DNA of 64,000 nucleotides from positions 248,001-312,000 of the forward strand of contig CP120461.1 of the NCBI GenBank assembly GCA_034226945.1. The letters run 5' to 3'. The notes beneath the pieces were generated by a model. It ran no database searches and had not been told where the DNA came from. It saw nothing but the letters and a program-made list of their open reading frames with translations. Numbering within the stretch: position 1 is the stretch's first letter; the number at the start of each line of letters is the position of its first letter. Positions 10,891-21,095 of this stretch are shown one piece after another. A program made the position numbers and the translations under genes. The stretch comes from Picochlorum sp. SENEW3. Lineage: Eukaryota.

Positions 10891-11925
10891 ATGGCCCAAT
10901 CAAGCTCGTATACGTATTCAATACGAGATTTGTGTCCATCTTCAGTCTATCGAACTCCGTCGATGGCGACATGGACTGAGCGACACGATACCTTGTATGA
11001 CACTTCTCCAAAGACGCCATGGTCGTCTCGGGATGACACGACGCCGTCACCGTTGATCTATCAGAAGAAAGAGGAGGAGACTCTTGGGGAGATTCTGAGC
11101 AGAGCAGGGAAAAGGGCGCTTGGCGGGGGTATCCCCGGTGCAGCTGCCATGGGAATTCAAGTCATGTCACTCATGTGGTTGCGCACAACTGTGAACTATC
11201 AATACAGATATGGGATGACGACAACAGAGGCTCTGAAGCACCTGTACAAAGAGGGAGGTGTCAGAAGATTCTATCGAGGCGTGGGTCCAGCTCTTATGCA
11301 GGGTCCTTTGAGCAGATTTGGTGACACGGCGGCAAATGCTGGTGTTTTGGCTTTTATGGACAGTCATCAATCGACCAGAGATCTTCCTATCGGTGTCAAA
11401 ACTATTGCTGCGTCAGGATCTGCTGCACTGTTTAGAATCTTCTTAATGCCAATAGATGCCACAAAGACAATCATGCAAGTTGAAGGTAAGAATGGATTTC
11501 CAACCCTTGTGAAAAAGGTTCGCACAAATGGACCCACTGTCTTATACCATGGCGCACTGGCAGCCTCAGCAGCAACCTTTGCTGGCCACTACCCATGGTT
11601 TGCGACATATAATTACCTAAATGAAGCTCTTCCAATCTATGAGGAATTGCCAAAGAAGTTGATGAGAGCCGCATTTATAGGATTTTGTGCGTCTGCCATC
11701 TCTGACACAGTGTCAAACTCCATCAGAGTTGTCAAGACAACAAAACAAACAGCAACCACACCAATGACGTATCCCGAGGTTGTCCGATCAGTTATTCAAA
11801 CCGACGGTCTCATGGGATTATTCGGACGAGGACTCAAGACAAAGATTCTTTCAAATGGATTACAAGGACTGCTCTTCTCCGTTCTCTGGAGAATGGGACA
11901 GGACTGGATGAACAAGACATCCTAG
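10891..11925 (+). CDS. Mitochondrial carrier family (SLC25) protein
   Basis: Tripartite carrier repeats: EGGVRRFYRG, MPIDATKT...LYHG, NSIRVVKT...DGLMGLFGRG. Substrate unknown. Confidence 0.88.
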   Translation: MAQSSSYTYSIRDLCPSSVYRTPSMATWTERHDTLYDTSPKTPWSSRDDTTPSPLIYQKKEEETLGEILSRAGKRALGGGIPGAAAMGIQVMSLMWLRTTVNYQYRYGMTTTEALKHLYKEGGVRRFYRGVGPALMQGPLSRFGDTAANAGVLAFMDSHQSTRDLPIGVKTIAASGSAALFRIFLMPIDATKTIMQVEGKNGFPTLVKKVRTNGPTVLYHGALAASAATFAGHYPWFATYNYLNEALPIYEELPKKLMRAAFIGFCASAISDTVSNSIRVVKTTKQTATTPMTYPEVVRSVIQTDGLMGLFGRGLKTKILSNGLQGLLFSVLWRMGQDWMNKTS

Positions 11926-11990
11926 CAGTGGTTCCTTTTCACTATATGATTATTACATCATCATCAATAATAACGAGTGCGCATATACAT

Positions 11991-12425
11991 TTACTTGAGT
12001 GGGATGAATCTGGAAGAGGTGGAGGCACCAATTCCTGGTCTTCCGTGACGCACTGGCTTGTAACTGATTGAGTATTCAGCCAAGTAGTGACCCAACATAT
12101 CTGGCCTGATTTCTACCTGGTTGAATGTCTTTCCATTGTACACACCAACAATGCTACCGATCATCTCTGGGATGATGACCATGTTTCTCAAGTGCGTGCG
12201 AACTGGGTCTGGCTTCTCACCAGTTCCCTCAACAGCCTTTCTAGCCTTACGGAGCTTCTTAATAAGTCCCATGCACTTTCTGTTCAATCCTCTCTGGAAT
12301 CTACGGCGCTGGCGGGCAGAGTACAGCTCTACAAGTTCGTCATTGCTCATGTCCAGGAGCTGCTCCAAATCCACTCCACGGTATGAGTACTTTCTGAATG
12401 ATCTCTTCTTTGGTGCGTCAGCCAT
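11991..12425 (-). CDS. RPS15: 40S ribosomal protein S15 (uS19)
   Basis: [32 protein letters not shown] and [18 protein letters not shown]. Confidence 0.98.
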   Translation of the reverse strand: MADAPKKRSFRKYSYRGVDLEQLLDMSNDELVELYSARQRRRFQRGLNRKCMGLIKKLRKARKAVEGTGEKPDPVRTHLRNMVIIPEMIGSIVGVYNGKTFNQVEIRPDMLGHYLAEYSISYKPVRHGRPGIGASTSSRFIPLK

Positions 12426-12457
12426 TTTTACTTTTTTTAATCAATCAATACAGTGAT

Positions 12458-12885
12458 CTGCAGAAAGAAAGAGAGACAAAGAACGAGTCAGTACTACTCC
12501 ACACGACATGGCTACTCAGAGTCGCCCGAACACCACAATCCAAGAAAATCCACACCGATGCGATCCGTATTCAACAATACTATCGCAATATATACCATTG
12601 TATCCAACGATGGCATCGTGAGCCACATCATATCCCTCCCCACCCAGGCGGCTTCCAGTCGCCGACGGCTCTTCCATGCTCTGGCCATGACCAATCACGC
12701 GACGTATGTGGATCACGCAGCCATTAAGTTGAAAGCAAAAATACTACTAGTGCCAGAACAAGTAGAACAGACGCCCCACAACGTCTCCAAAAACTGCCTG
12801 CCGTCAGGCAGTGATTCCCGACGAACCCCCTTGAAGCACCGCAGCCTTCTACCCTTCTATACGATGAGCTAAAACAGACACGTAC
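12458..12885 (-). other. Long (about 428 nt) 5'UTR intron of RPS15
   Basis: Donor GTACGT at 12885, branch TACTGAC at about 12487-12493, a long polypyrimidine tract, and a CTGCAG acceptor at 12458, 32 nt upstream of the ATG. Confidence 0.65.
12508..12724 (-). ncRNA. Candidate intronic box C/D-like snoRNA
   Basis: 8-bp terminal stem ATGGCTGC/GTAGCCAT flanks a degenerate box C (GTGATCC) and a perfect box D (CTGA, 12516-12519). No target identified. Confidence 0.35.
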
Positions 12886-13134
12886 ATATTAATTGAGATA
12901 CCTCTTTTCTATTGTAAAATTATGAACTATGACGGCGAGGGACCACACGAATGACTTGGCCTGCCAGGTGCCCCATAGTGGCAACCATATGAATGGCCCA
13001 CCAAGCAATAGCTTTGACCGGACAAAAGTATTTTATGCATACTTACATACTGATGTGTGTTACATCTCTTGGAATTCCCTTTGATTCATTCATTCTATTA
13101 CTACGATGACGACTACTGTCGATAGATACATTGA

Positions 13135-13862
13135 CTATACAGTTTTGGTTCCTTGAGCAGGGGGAAAATATACACCACCAATACGCATTCCTCGGCGAAC
13201 AGCACCCCTCACCACCTGTTCAAATCCAACCCTGTCTGTCTGCATCATGGTCGACGCACTCTTGTTCAATGGGTCGTCGGGGTTTGGATCCAGCAACAGA
13301 AACAGCAAACCATATATAACTGACGAGATTGACAACACTGGGGACCAATCCTCTCTAAGAATATTCAGACACACATTGCCCTCCACATCAATGTTTGGGT
13401 GAAACACCTTGGTCAAACATTTCACTTTCGGTGGATCGTGAGGATACGATTGTGGTACTTGAAAACTGAATAGGAACGTTCCATCTCTATAGATTCCCTC
13501 ATCGGGGACAAGAATGAGCTCAAAGTCCATGACATGATTGCTGCCTTGAGGAAAATTTAGCCTTGCATTCTTCGGAAGCTCCAATCCCGACATATCTGCG
13601 ATAACCATATGTATGTGTTATTTTGAATCATTTTTCGTAGTCAAGCGAGATGCCGGTACCATACCTTTTTGAGTTCGAAGTTCAGCCGGACTCTGAGTGG
13701 TTGAATTTCCTTTGGCAGCCTGTTCTGCCTGCTTCTTTTGTTTCTCCTGCCCATTAAATACGTATAGTTAACATGATGTAACTAATTCGGGAATATGTCG
13801 ACGTCAAAATGCCGAAAAGGACGGCGTTTGTGGCGTACCTTGACGCTGTACAGTTTAATCAT
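13135..13862 (-). CDS. UBC12: NEDD8/RUB-conjugating E2; exons 13862-13839, 13746-13665, 13595-13135
   Basis: Spliced N-terminus MIKLYSVKEKQK...SPAELRTQKD typical of Ubc12/RCE1, with active site HPNIDVEGNVCLNILREDW. Confidence 0.95.
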
Positions 13863-13994
13863 CCCTTTCTCGTATCAGTACGAAATGGTGTGTCATATAT
13901 ATCGACTCGAATGTCTTGCAAATAATACTAGTATCATCAACAGTATCTTGGTAAAAGAAGTGTAGTACTGCAGTAGCGTGTTTGAAAACTTTAT

Positions 13995-16349
13995 TCAAGG
14001 AGAAACACCATCCATGGAGGACCCAGAGGAGCCAGGATCCTTCTCATCCTTGATTCCATCAAGCGGTGGGGCAGTTTTGAACTGTCCCTCTTCCATCGTT
14101 TTTGATTGCGTTGCCAACGCTTGTTCCTTGCGGAGGAGGAATTCTCTGTACTCGGAGACGAGTCCAAGAATGACAATGAGCGCCAGGCATGCTGAATACA
14201 CTGCCCATGCCCAGGTGTCCACATTTTCCTCTCCCATACCAAACATGCCATAATAAATATTTGCCAGAGCCAAGAGAGTGGTGCATCTGCCGACCCACAT
14301 GTGATATGGTCCCCATATCTTTCTCAGAGTTGTTCCTGGCTTTGGCTTCCACAGGAGGGCCAGAACCTGGACAGTTGCCAGAACTGTAATGGTCACGCCC
14401 AAATCTCTATGCACCGTGTACAATGTATCCCATGACTTGTTGATGGCAAAACCAAGCCCGAAACCAACAAGTCCCAAAAGGTATCCAAATGCCATGATGT
14501 ATCTGTGTGCATTGTACCATTTGGGGGCCTGAAGTTGGTTCTTTGCACGAGCACCAATGACACCAAGTGGGACAAGGATACCCCATCCAATCGCAGAAAG
14601 GACTTGATGAGCAACCTTGGCACCTTCGTTTTGAACCACGGTGATATCATTAGAGATTGAAAATCCATCTGACACAAGGGCAATGGCAAGATTGACATCC
14701 CCAGCACCATCATCATAATGCTCCTTCAACGATCCATCAGATCGCACATCACCTGCCGCAAATATCAAATTATACGCAGAGAGGGGTGATGCTGAGGTCT
14801 GAAACAGCCTTCTTCTTCTCTGCCCCTGCATGGCAGATTGGACACTGGAAAAGGAGTATGGAAGGCTCACTGTGAACAGACCAGACACCATGCCATCGTT
14901 TTCAGGTCCAAATGGTGGGACGATATCCAACACATTCGCTCCTTCTGAACTGATATCAACATCTGACTCGTCATATCCAGTCATATAGTACTGTTTCAGG
15001 GATGTCCCAATGGTGCTGGTGGAGGACAAAATCATGGCAGCAGCATCAACCATGGAATTCTTCTTGCTTGGGAATCCGACAGACACGTATTGATTGTTGA
15101 TAGATGCATTCATACCCATGGTCATGATGGTCACTCCAGGATCATTTGGATCCATGGTTAAATTCCAGGCAATGTTGAAATTGGATCCAACCGTTGTCAC
15201 ATCAGTGCACGTCTGGAAATTCATCTGTTCTCCGTTAATCGTCATGACACATTTCAATGGTATCATGGATACTTTTGCTGCGTCAGCAGCAGCCTGTTGC
15301 ACCACCGCTGATGCTTCTCCATCATCATCATCATGGTCGTGATCATCATCATCATGATCAGCTTCGCCCTCTGCCTCGGACCGATCATCATCATCATCAT
15401 CCCTTTCAGCCTCTCCGTCAAAAGTATCAACTGGAAGCACAGAAGGCGGTGCCTCTACGACAGACACTGGTGATGGTGGAACAACAGCATCAGCAGGAGG
15501 AGGAGAAGCAGCAGCATCTGTCACCACAAGCCCCAAGGGAGACGATGCAAGACATTCAGTCTGTGGTTGATCCAAAGCAAGCTTCAACCCAGGCCTCTGT
15601 GGCGTCTCCACCGTATGCAGCAGAGCATCAGGCTGTGCTATGCTCGACCCAGCACCAACCCGTCCCATGGCATACATGGCATACCTCGAATCATCAGCCG
15701 GCCACGCCGTCCCAGGAAGACCATCAATATCCACCCCAAGAGGCTTGCGCATACGCACCGCCAACACATTTCCCTTTTTCTCGCACGCCACCATCTCCAC
15801 CATGGTTGTCCCATCATTCTTCCCATTGGACACATATGTAGGACAGGACCCAAATCCGAGCGAATAATCGCATTCAAGAATCGTCTGTAAGTAATAATCA
15901 TACCCAAAACACTCTCCATTCACCAACCCTCCCAAAATCGCAGTCCCCCCCGTCATCTCAGACCCACGAGCTCCCTCCTTGGAATACCCATAGGATAGGT
16001 AATAATTCTCCGTCGCCCCATCCGGTAACCGACCCTCCAACACAATATCAGCAATTTGGTTACCACTTTGATCAGATTCTAACGTCCAATACATGTATAG
16101 TCTATTCCGAACAAGCTCCACACAGTTTTCCATGCCACTCCCAATGGCATTTTGACCAGCGACATATCCACCTACAATGCATTTATAAGCAATATCGCGT
16201 CAATCTATGAACATAAAGATAGTATATACCCAAAAGATATCCCTTATATCCCCTAAAAATGACATGAGTATATAACGCGGTATACCTGGCTGAGAAAGCC
16301 CAACAACAGTTAGAGCTAGAACAAGGTACAGTTTTAACATCAAAGACAT
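13995..16349 (-). CDS. Cytochrome b561 protein with two DOMON domains (CYBDOM, ferric-chelate reductase-like); exons 16349-16286, 16171-13995
   Basis: Signal-peptide exon MSLMLKLYLVLALTVVGLSQP. Two DOMON-like domains with Met/His heme-ligand positions. Four b561 histidines (VAHQVL, NAHRYI, VHRDLG, PYHMWVG) in TM helices. Confidence 0.85.
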
Positions 16350-16685
16350 CGGAATACCATCCAATCGATGTATATAATTGACAAATATCAGTATAATTGG
16401 AAGGTATAATGAATTTACAAACATCTGATGGGGTGGTTGCAGAGATGCATGCAAAAAAGATGCCTTGCTCATTCAGTTCACGTGGCCTCACGGATGGCGT
16501 TATCACGGCCACTAACCACCGTCCACGTACGTATGCATGTATACATCGCCCTGCATCAGCCATTTCTTAATCATCTATTTATGGAGTCTTACGACTTCTC
16601 GGTCGTGAATTAGAAGAATCCGTGCAGAATTGTAATTGGTAACCGAATATATTGCCACAGTATTGTTTGGTATAGAATTACAGCC

Positions 16686-17921
16686 ATGGATTCGCCATTG
16701 GCGGGGTTGTTATATGTTCTGTTCTTTCTCAATTGCTGCTGGGTTCTTGGAATCCGCGGTCAAGAGACGCAAAACATAGCAGACCTGATTCCGCAGCCAC
16801 CTCCTGATCTGGAATTTATTTACAACACAACATTCCCACCTTTTGCGAATGAAGGTGGGCCGATAGATCTAACCCTGTCGTTGTACGAGTCACAAACGAG
16901 TTACATTGGGATGCTTCTGCCGAGTGGGTTTGTGTCTTCGTTATACCTCGGGGATGGTCAATTCATGATGCAAATGGGTAAATTTTTGAGTTGGGAGTGT
17001 ACTGGGAACGAAGGAGAGTACAGAGCGACGCTTATCCGGAGAGATATTTTTTCCAATGGGACCGTGGTTGTGGCGAATCGGTGCGAGCTGGGCAAGATTA
17101 CGCCGGAATTTTATTATTGGGTGTCGTCAACAGTAACGTGTCCAGAGGTCGGGACAGCGTTTCCAGAGTCGTCAGAGACGACGATTTTATATGATACCAC
17201 AACAATTGCCCCTCCAAATTTTTCAAATCTGACATGCAAACAAGGGGCAACTGTCACGGGTCTGAACACAACTGGAACGGCGGGGTTGGACCCCGTGTAT
17301 TTGAATGAATTAGGTGTGTATTCATTGAATACGACCATTCCTCCACCGCCAAGGGCGGTGCCTGGTGTGTACACACCACCTCCATTTCAGTACAAGGGTA
17401 TCACACCTGTTGTTAATGGCATCTGGGATTTAGCCTACGCTGACGCTTTTAGGACGATTGCATCGGATGGATTCTGCATTATATTGTACAATAAAACGCT
17501 CAACACCTTTACGCAAGCGCTCGGAAAGTATGATTCCTATGAATGCTTGGTGCTTGGGAATAATAATGGATACAGATCTGTGGCATCACAGTCATCCTTC
17601 AATCAGACTGGTGTTTTGTTTTTATCACCGGCCCCTGGTTGTAGTGCTGCTGTATTTTTGACGCAAAGTGTAACGCAGGTTGCTATTAATGTCACATTTA
17701 ATGCAACCTGTCCAGTACCATCCCGGAATGCTCCTCTCTCTGTGTTAATCACGAGTATTCCAGGGGATAACGGAGATGATCTTGTTCGGGATGATCCTAA
17801 TAGACCATTGTGTATCAGTGAAACTGGCGGTATTAATAGTGGTGCCTCGACTATGTCTGAGACACTGATGATCATCCACATCATGAGTGTGGGTCTCTAT
17901 TTTTTTTCATGGGTTTTTTGA
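16686..17921 (+). CDS. Secreted, probably GPI-anchored glycoprotein of unknown function with an internal duplication
   Basis: Signal peptide, many N-x-S/T sequons, and a hydrophobic C-terminal tail after NSGAS. Confidence 0.7.
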   Translation: MDSPLAGLLYVLFFLNCCWVLGIRGQETQNIADLIPQPPPDLEFIYNTTFPPFANEGGPIDLTLSLYESQTSYIGMLLPSGFVSSLYLGDGQFMMQMGKFLSWECTGNEGEYRATLIRRDIFSNGTVVVANRCELGKITPEFYYWVSSTVTCPEVGTAFPESSETTILYDTTTIAPPNFSNLTCKQGATVTGLNTTGTAGLDPVYLNELGVYSLNTTIPPPPRAVPGVYTPPPFQYKGITPVVNGIWDLAYADAFRTIASDGFCIILYNKTLNTFTQALGKYDSYECLVLGNNNGYRSVASQSSFNQTGVLFLSPAPGCSAAVFLTQSVTQVAINVTFNATCPVPSRNAPLSVLITSIPGDNGDDLVRDDPNRPLCISETGGINSGASTMSETLMIIHIMSVGLYFFSWVF

Positions 17922-18367
17922 ATAACCATGTAATAATAGTAGCATATTTATGTTTATGCATATACGTCATTGTCGTAGCCATTATTGAAATATTCCTATA
18001 AATATCATATCTGAGATAGTATGAATGGCAGTAGTAGTCAACCATGGTTGACAGTCTCCTGGGCGCCACGTTGATGATGCCGGTCTTCTCGGTTGGATCG
18101 ATGGGAACCGCGTCGATGGCATGGATTTGCCTCACAGACTACTACCGTGATTATTATTAAAATTTACAGACTCCAATCCAGTTGAATTGGAAAGTAGTAC
18201 GTGTTAGCGAGAGATACAACAGCATGGGGAGACCAGGGCGTTGACGATAGGTCTGGTCAACCGACAACCAAAGGCAGACTCGACTGGTACACATTCCTCT
18301 GTCTGGAGAGAAATACACGTTTAATTTGAATTAAAAAACTGATATATAGCACACACATAGTGTTCTG

Positions 18368-21067
18368 ATGGAGGCTTTTGGAGTAGTAGACGAAGAACAG
18401 CAACAAGTGGAGTGTGAGGCGACGTTTATTCGTCAGAATGTGCTGTCTGGGTTGCCTGTTCATTCAAATCCTGCGACATTGGATGAATACGATCCTATTA
18501 CTCTGTCCTATTATACTGGAGAGGTGTTGTCGTCGTCGTGGCCTTCTCTGGTGGGGTTGTGTGTGTTTGGTGTCTTGTTGGTTGGTTTTATTCTGTGGAG
18601 AAGCCTTCGGTGGTGCTGTTCGTGCATGAGGAGGAGGAAACATGCGATACATATGCATGCGTCACCCTATAATACACCGTATTATCATGGTGGTGGTAGC
18701 AGTAGTAGTAGTCACCAATTTGGTGGTGTCAAGGATGTGTGTGGTGCCAAGGGAAGGCGGCATGGCAGATCTGTTGGACAGAGAGCGCTGTTGATTGGAG
18801 AAACGATCATGGCGTTAGGGATTCTTGGGAGTAGTATTTATGGAATAGTGAGTGTGAATCATGGTGTGGTGAGTCAAGGGGTGGCTGTGGTTGTCAGTGG
18901 GGTGGAGTATGTGGAATCTGTGATTGATACAGCGCAGCGAGGCGTTGATAGGGCGAGGGCGTTGGGGGTGTCGTTGGAGGATATTCAGAGGCAATTGCAG
19001 GGGTCTACTGTGATCATGTCGACTCGAGAATCTGGTGTGTTGGGTATTGAGGAAGATTTGGCCTGCTTGGAGCCATATGTTGATCAGTTGCCACGGCGTG
19101 TGTCTCCAGATGTATCTGCGGTGGTGAAGAATGCGGATGGGGTTGTGACGGCATTGTACCAAGATGTGCAAGATATACAGAGTATTCTGAAGGCGCAGGA
19201 TGGGCGAGAGGAGAGTGCTGTGGATACGTTGTTGTCTGCACCTGATGTGTTGAGGGCGTTGCAGACACAGTTGACAGAGGCAGGAGATCTTGGGACAAAC
19301 CTTCCGTTGACTGGAAGTGATGCTATTGTTTCTGCGTTGAAAGATGTACTGGATCCTTTGATTACGTCGTGGGATGCGCGAGAGGAATTTTTGGGGCATG
19401 TGGCATCAGATATTGATCTATTGAGCACCACTGTGAGGGATCTTGCTGGACGTCTGCCTGAAGATTTGGAGCAAGCGAGGACATTATTGTCTTCAGAGGA
19501 TGTGGTGAGGCTTTCAGAGCTGTATTCATCACAGAGACGGGCGTTTGTAGAGTATCGTCCGTGTTTGGATGGAGCAGTGTCGCAAGCCCAGGTTTTGTTG
19601 GGGCAGCGGAATGATGTGACACAGGAAGTGAGGGACCTTGTTGCCACGTTGACCGATGCTCGTGAGGATTTATATTCTGTATTTGGAGAAGGGGATCAGT
19701 TTGATGCGATCGTGGAGGATGTGAGGGGGCAGATAGATGATGTTGGGCCAGTTGTGGATGCATTGGTGCAGTTTCGTGATGATTTGAATTCAAAACAAGA
19801 GTTTGAAAATCTTGATAGTGTTGTACAATCGATTCGAGCGAGCAAGGGATTTCTCGAGGTAGCAAAGCCACAGGTTTTGGGGTTACTGTCCCAGATTAAT
19901 TCGTATGAGGAGGTGCCATCTGCGCAAGTGTATAGTCAGATTGTGGCCAGTGCCAGGGTGTTGGGGACTGCAGCATTGGCGGCGTCCCAGCAGATTGATT
20001 CATTGCTTAGTGATATCACTCCTTTCATTGATGAAGCTGCTGTAGTGAATGATCAAGTTCGTGGGATCGATATAGATCGATACTTGGACGAGGTTGAAAG
20101 GCTGTATGGGGTTGTTCAAGATGGTGAGATTGTGAGGCGTATGGATGCGTACGATGCAGCCATTGGAACACTCCCTGATCCACCAAGTTCGGCGTTTAAT
20201 AGTGTGAATATGTATATGCAATCAGCAATAGATGATGTGTCATCGACCCTGTCCTCCATTCAGAGTGAGTTGGATTCCATTGTCCAGACATCTCAAGATG
20301 GAATTACGCAAGCTCAGGAGGAGATTGTTGATACTGTGTATGAAAATATAGACAAGTATGAACCTCAGGCACAAACGTATAATACTCTTCGAGCTGCTAT
20401 TATGTATGTATTGTTTGGGCTATGTATATTCTTCAGTTTGGTGATTATTGTTGCTGCTTTCCTGACTTGGCCAGCACTCCATAGCCTTTCAATCTTCTTG
20501 TTTCTGTGTCTAATGGTGGTGAATTATGCGTTAGTGGTTGCTCATACGGTTGGAATCAAAGTAGGAAGCGATACGTGCGAAAATCTGGAGCCGTATATTT
20601 TGCAACAGGTTGATGATGCAGGTGCACAGCAGATTCTACAGTACTATTTCAATGGTGGCCAAGGAGACGTACGTGATGTGGTTGATGCCAGTTTGGGTAT
20701 TAATGTCGACGATATTATTCAGACGATCAATAATGCAAAAGCTGATGTGTTGGCGGAAATACAAGGTGTTAGCCTGTCTGTACCAGTAGAGACACAGGTG
20801 AATGCATCCCTGGGTCTTGCAGATGATATCATCAGTGACATCAATGCTGTCGTTTCTCTACTTGAATATGAACAAGCATATCCTGAGTACCTAGAAATTC
20901 GAGGCTTTGTGTGTTGCGACACGATTGACATGGTTGGCGATCTGTGGCTGGCGATGGTCTTGACAGGAGGCTTTGCCTTTATACTCAAGCTGTTTGCCTT
21001 TGTACTTGTCCACCAATTTGATGCTCTCGTGCTGGCGAGATGGTTTGAGAGGTATAAACCTACATAG
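18368..21067 (+). CDS. Tweety/prominin-like five-TM membrane protein with a very long helical ectodomain
   Basis: TM1 followed by a Cys cluster (WCCSC), TM2, a roughly 500-aa heptad-rich loop, TM3-4, then SDTC, ILQYYF and FVCC before TM5. Confidence 0.65.
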   Translation: MEAFGVVDEEQQQVECEATFIRQNVLSGLPVHSNPATLDEYDPITLSYYTGEVLSSSWPSLVGLCVFGVLLVGFILWRSLRWCCSCMRRRKHAIHMHASPYNTPYYHGGGSSSSSHQFGGVKDVCGAKGRRHGRSVGQRALLIGETIMALGILGSSIYGIVSVNHGVVSQGVAVVVSGVEYVESVIDTAQRGVDRARALGVSLEDIQRQLQGSTVIMSTRESGVLGIEEDLACLEPYVDQLPRRVSPDVSAVVKNADGVVTALYQDVQDIQSILKAQDGREESAVDTLLSAPDVLRALQTQLTEAGDLGTNLPLTGSDAIVSALKDVLDPLITSWDAREEFLGHVASDIDLLSTTVRDLAGRLPEDLEQARTLLSSEDVVRLSELYSSQRRAFVEYRPCLDGAVSQAQVLLGQRNDVTQEVRDLVATLTDAREDLYSVFGEGDQFDAIVEDVRGQIDDVGPVVDALVQFRDDLNSKQEFENLDSVVQSIRASKGFLEVAKPQVLGLLSQINSYEEVPSAQVYSQIVASARVLGTAALAASQQIDSLLSDITPFIDEAAVVNDQVRGIDIDRYLDEVERLYGVVQDGEIVRRMDAYDAAIGTLPDPPSSAFNSVNMYMQSAIDDVSSTLSSIQSELDSIVQTSQDGITQAQEEIVDTVYENIDKYEPQAQTYNTLRAAIMYVLFGLCIFFSLVIIVAAFLTWPALHSLSIFLFLCLMVVNYALVVAHTVGIKVGSDTCENLEPYILQQVDDAGAQQILQYYFNGGQGDVRDVVDASLGINVDDIIQTINNAKADVLAEIQGVSLSVPVETQVNASLGLADDIISDINAVVSLLEYEQAYPEYLEIRGFVCCDTIDMVGDLWLAMVLTGGFAFILKLFAFVLVHQFDALVLARWFERYKPT

Positions 21068-21095
21068 TTTGCAACTACAATATTTACAATTTGAT

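Noticed and set aside
12508..12800. U3 snoRNA identity (TCTGTTCTA and GCGTGATTG resemble plant U3 boxes A and B)
   Set aside because: The GAC/A' boxes are missing or out of order, and U3 is not normally intronic.
18040..18160. GC-richer intergenic patch with short ORFs
   Set aside because: No convincing splice link to the neighbouring genes and no recognisable protein motif.
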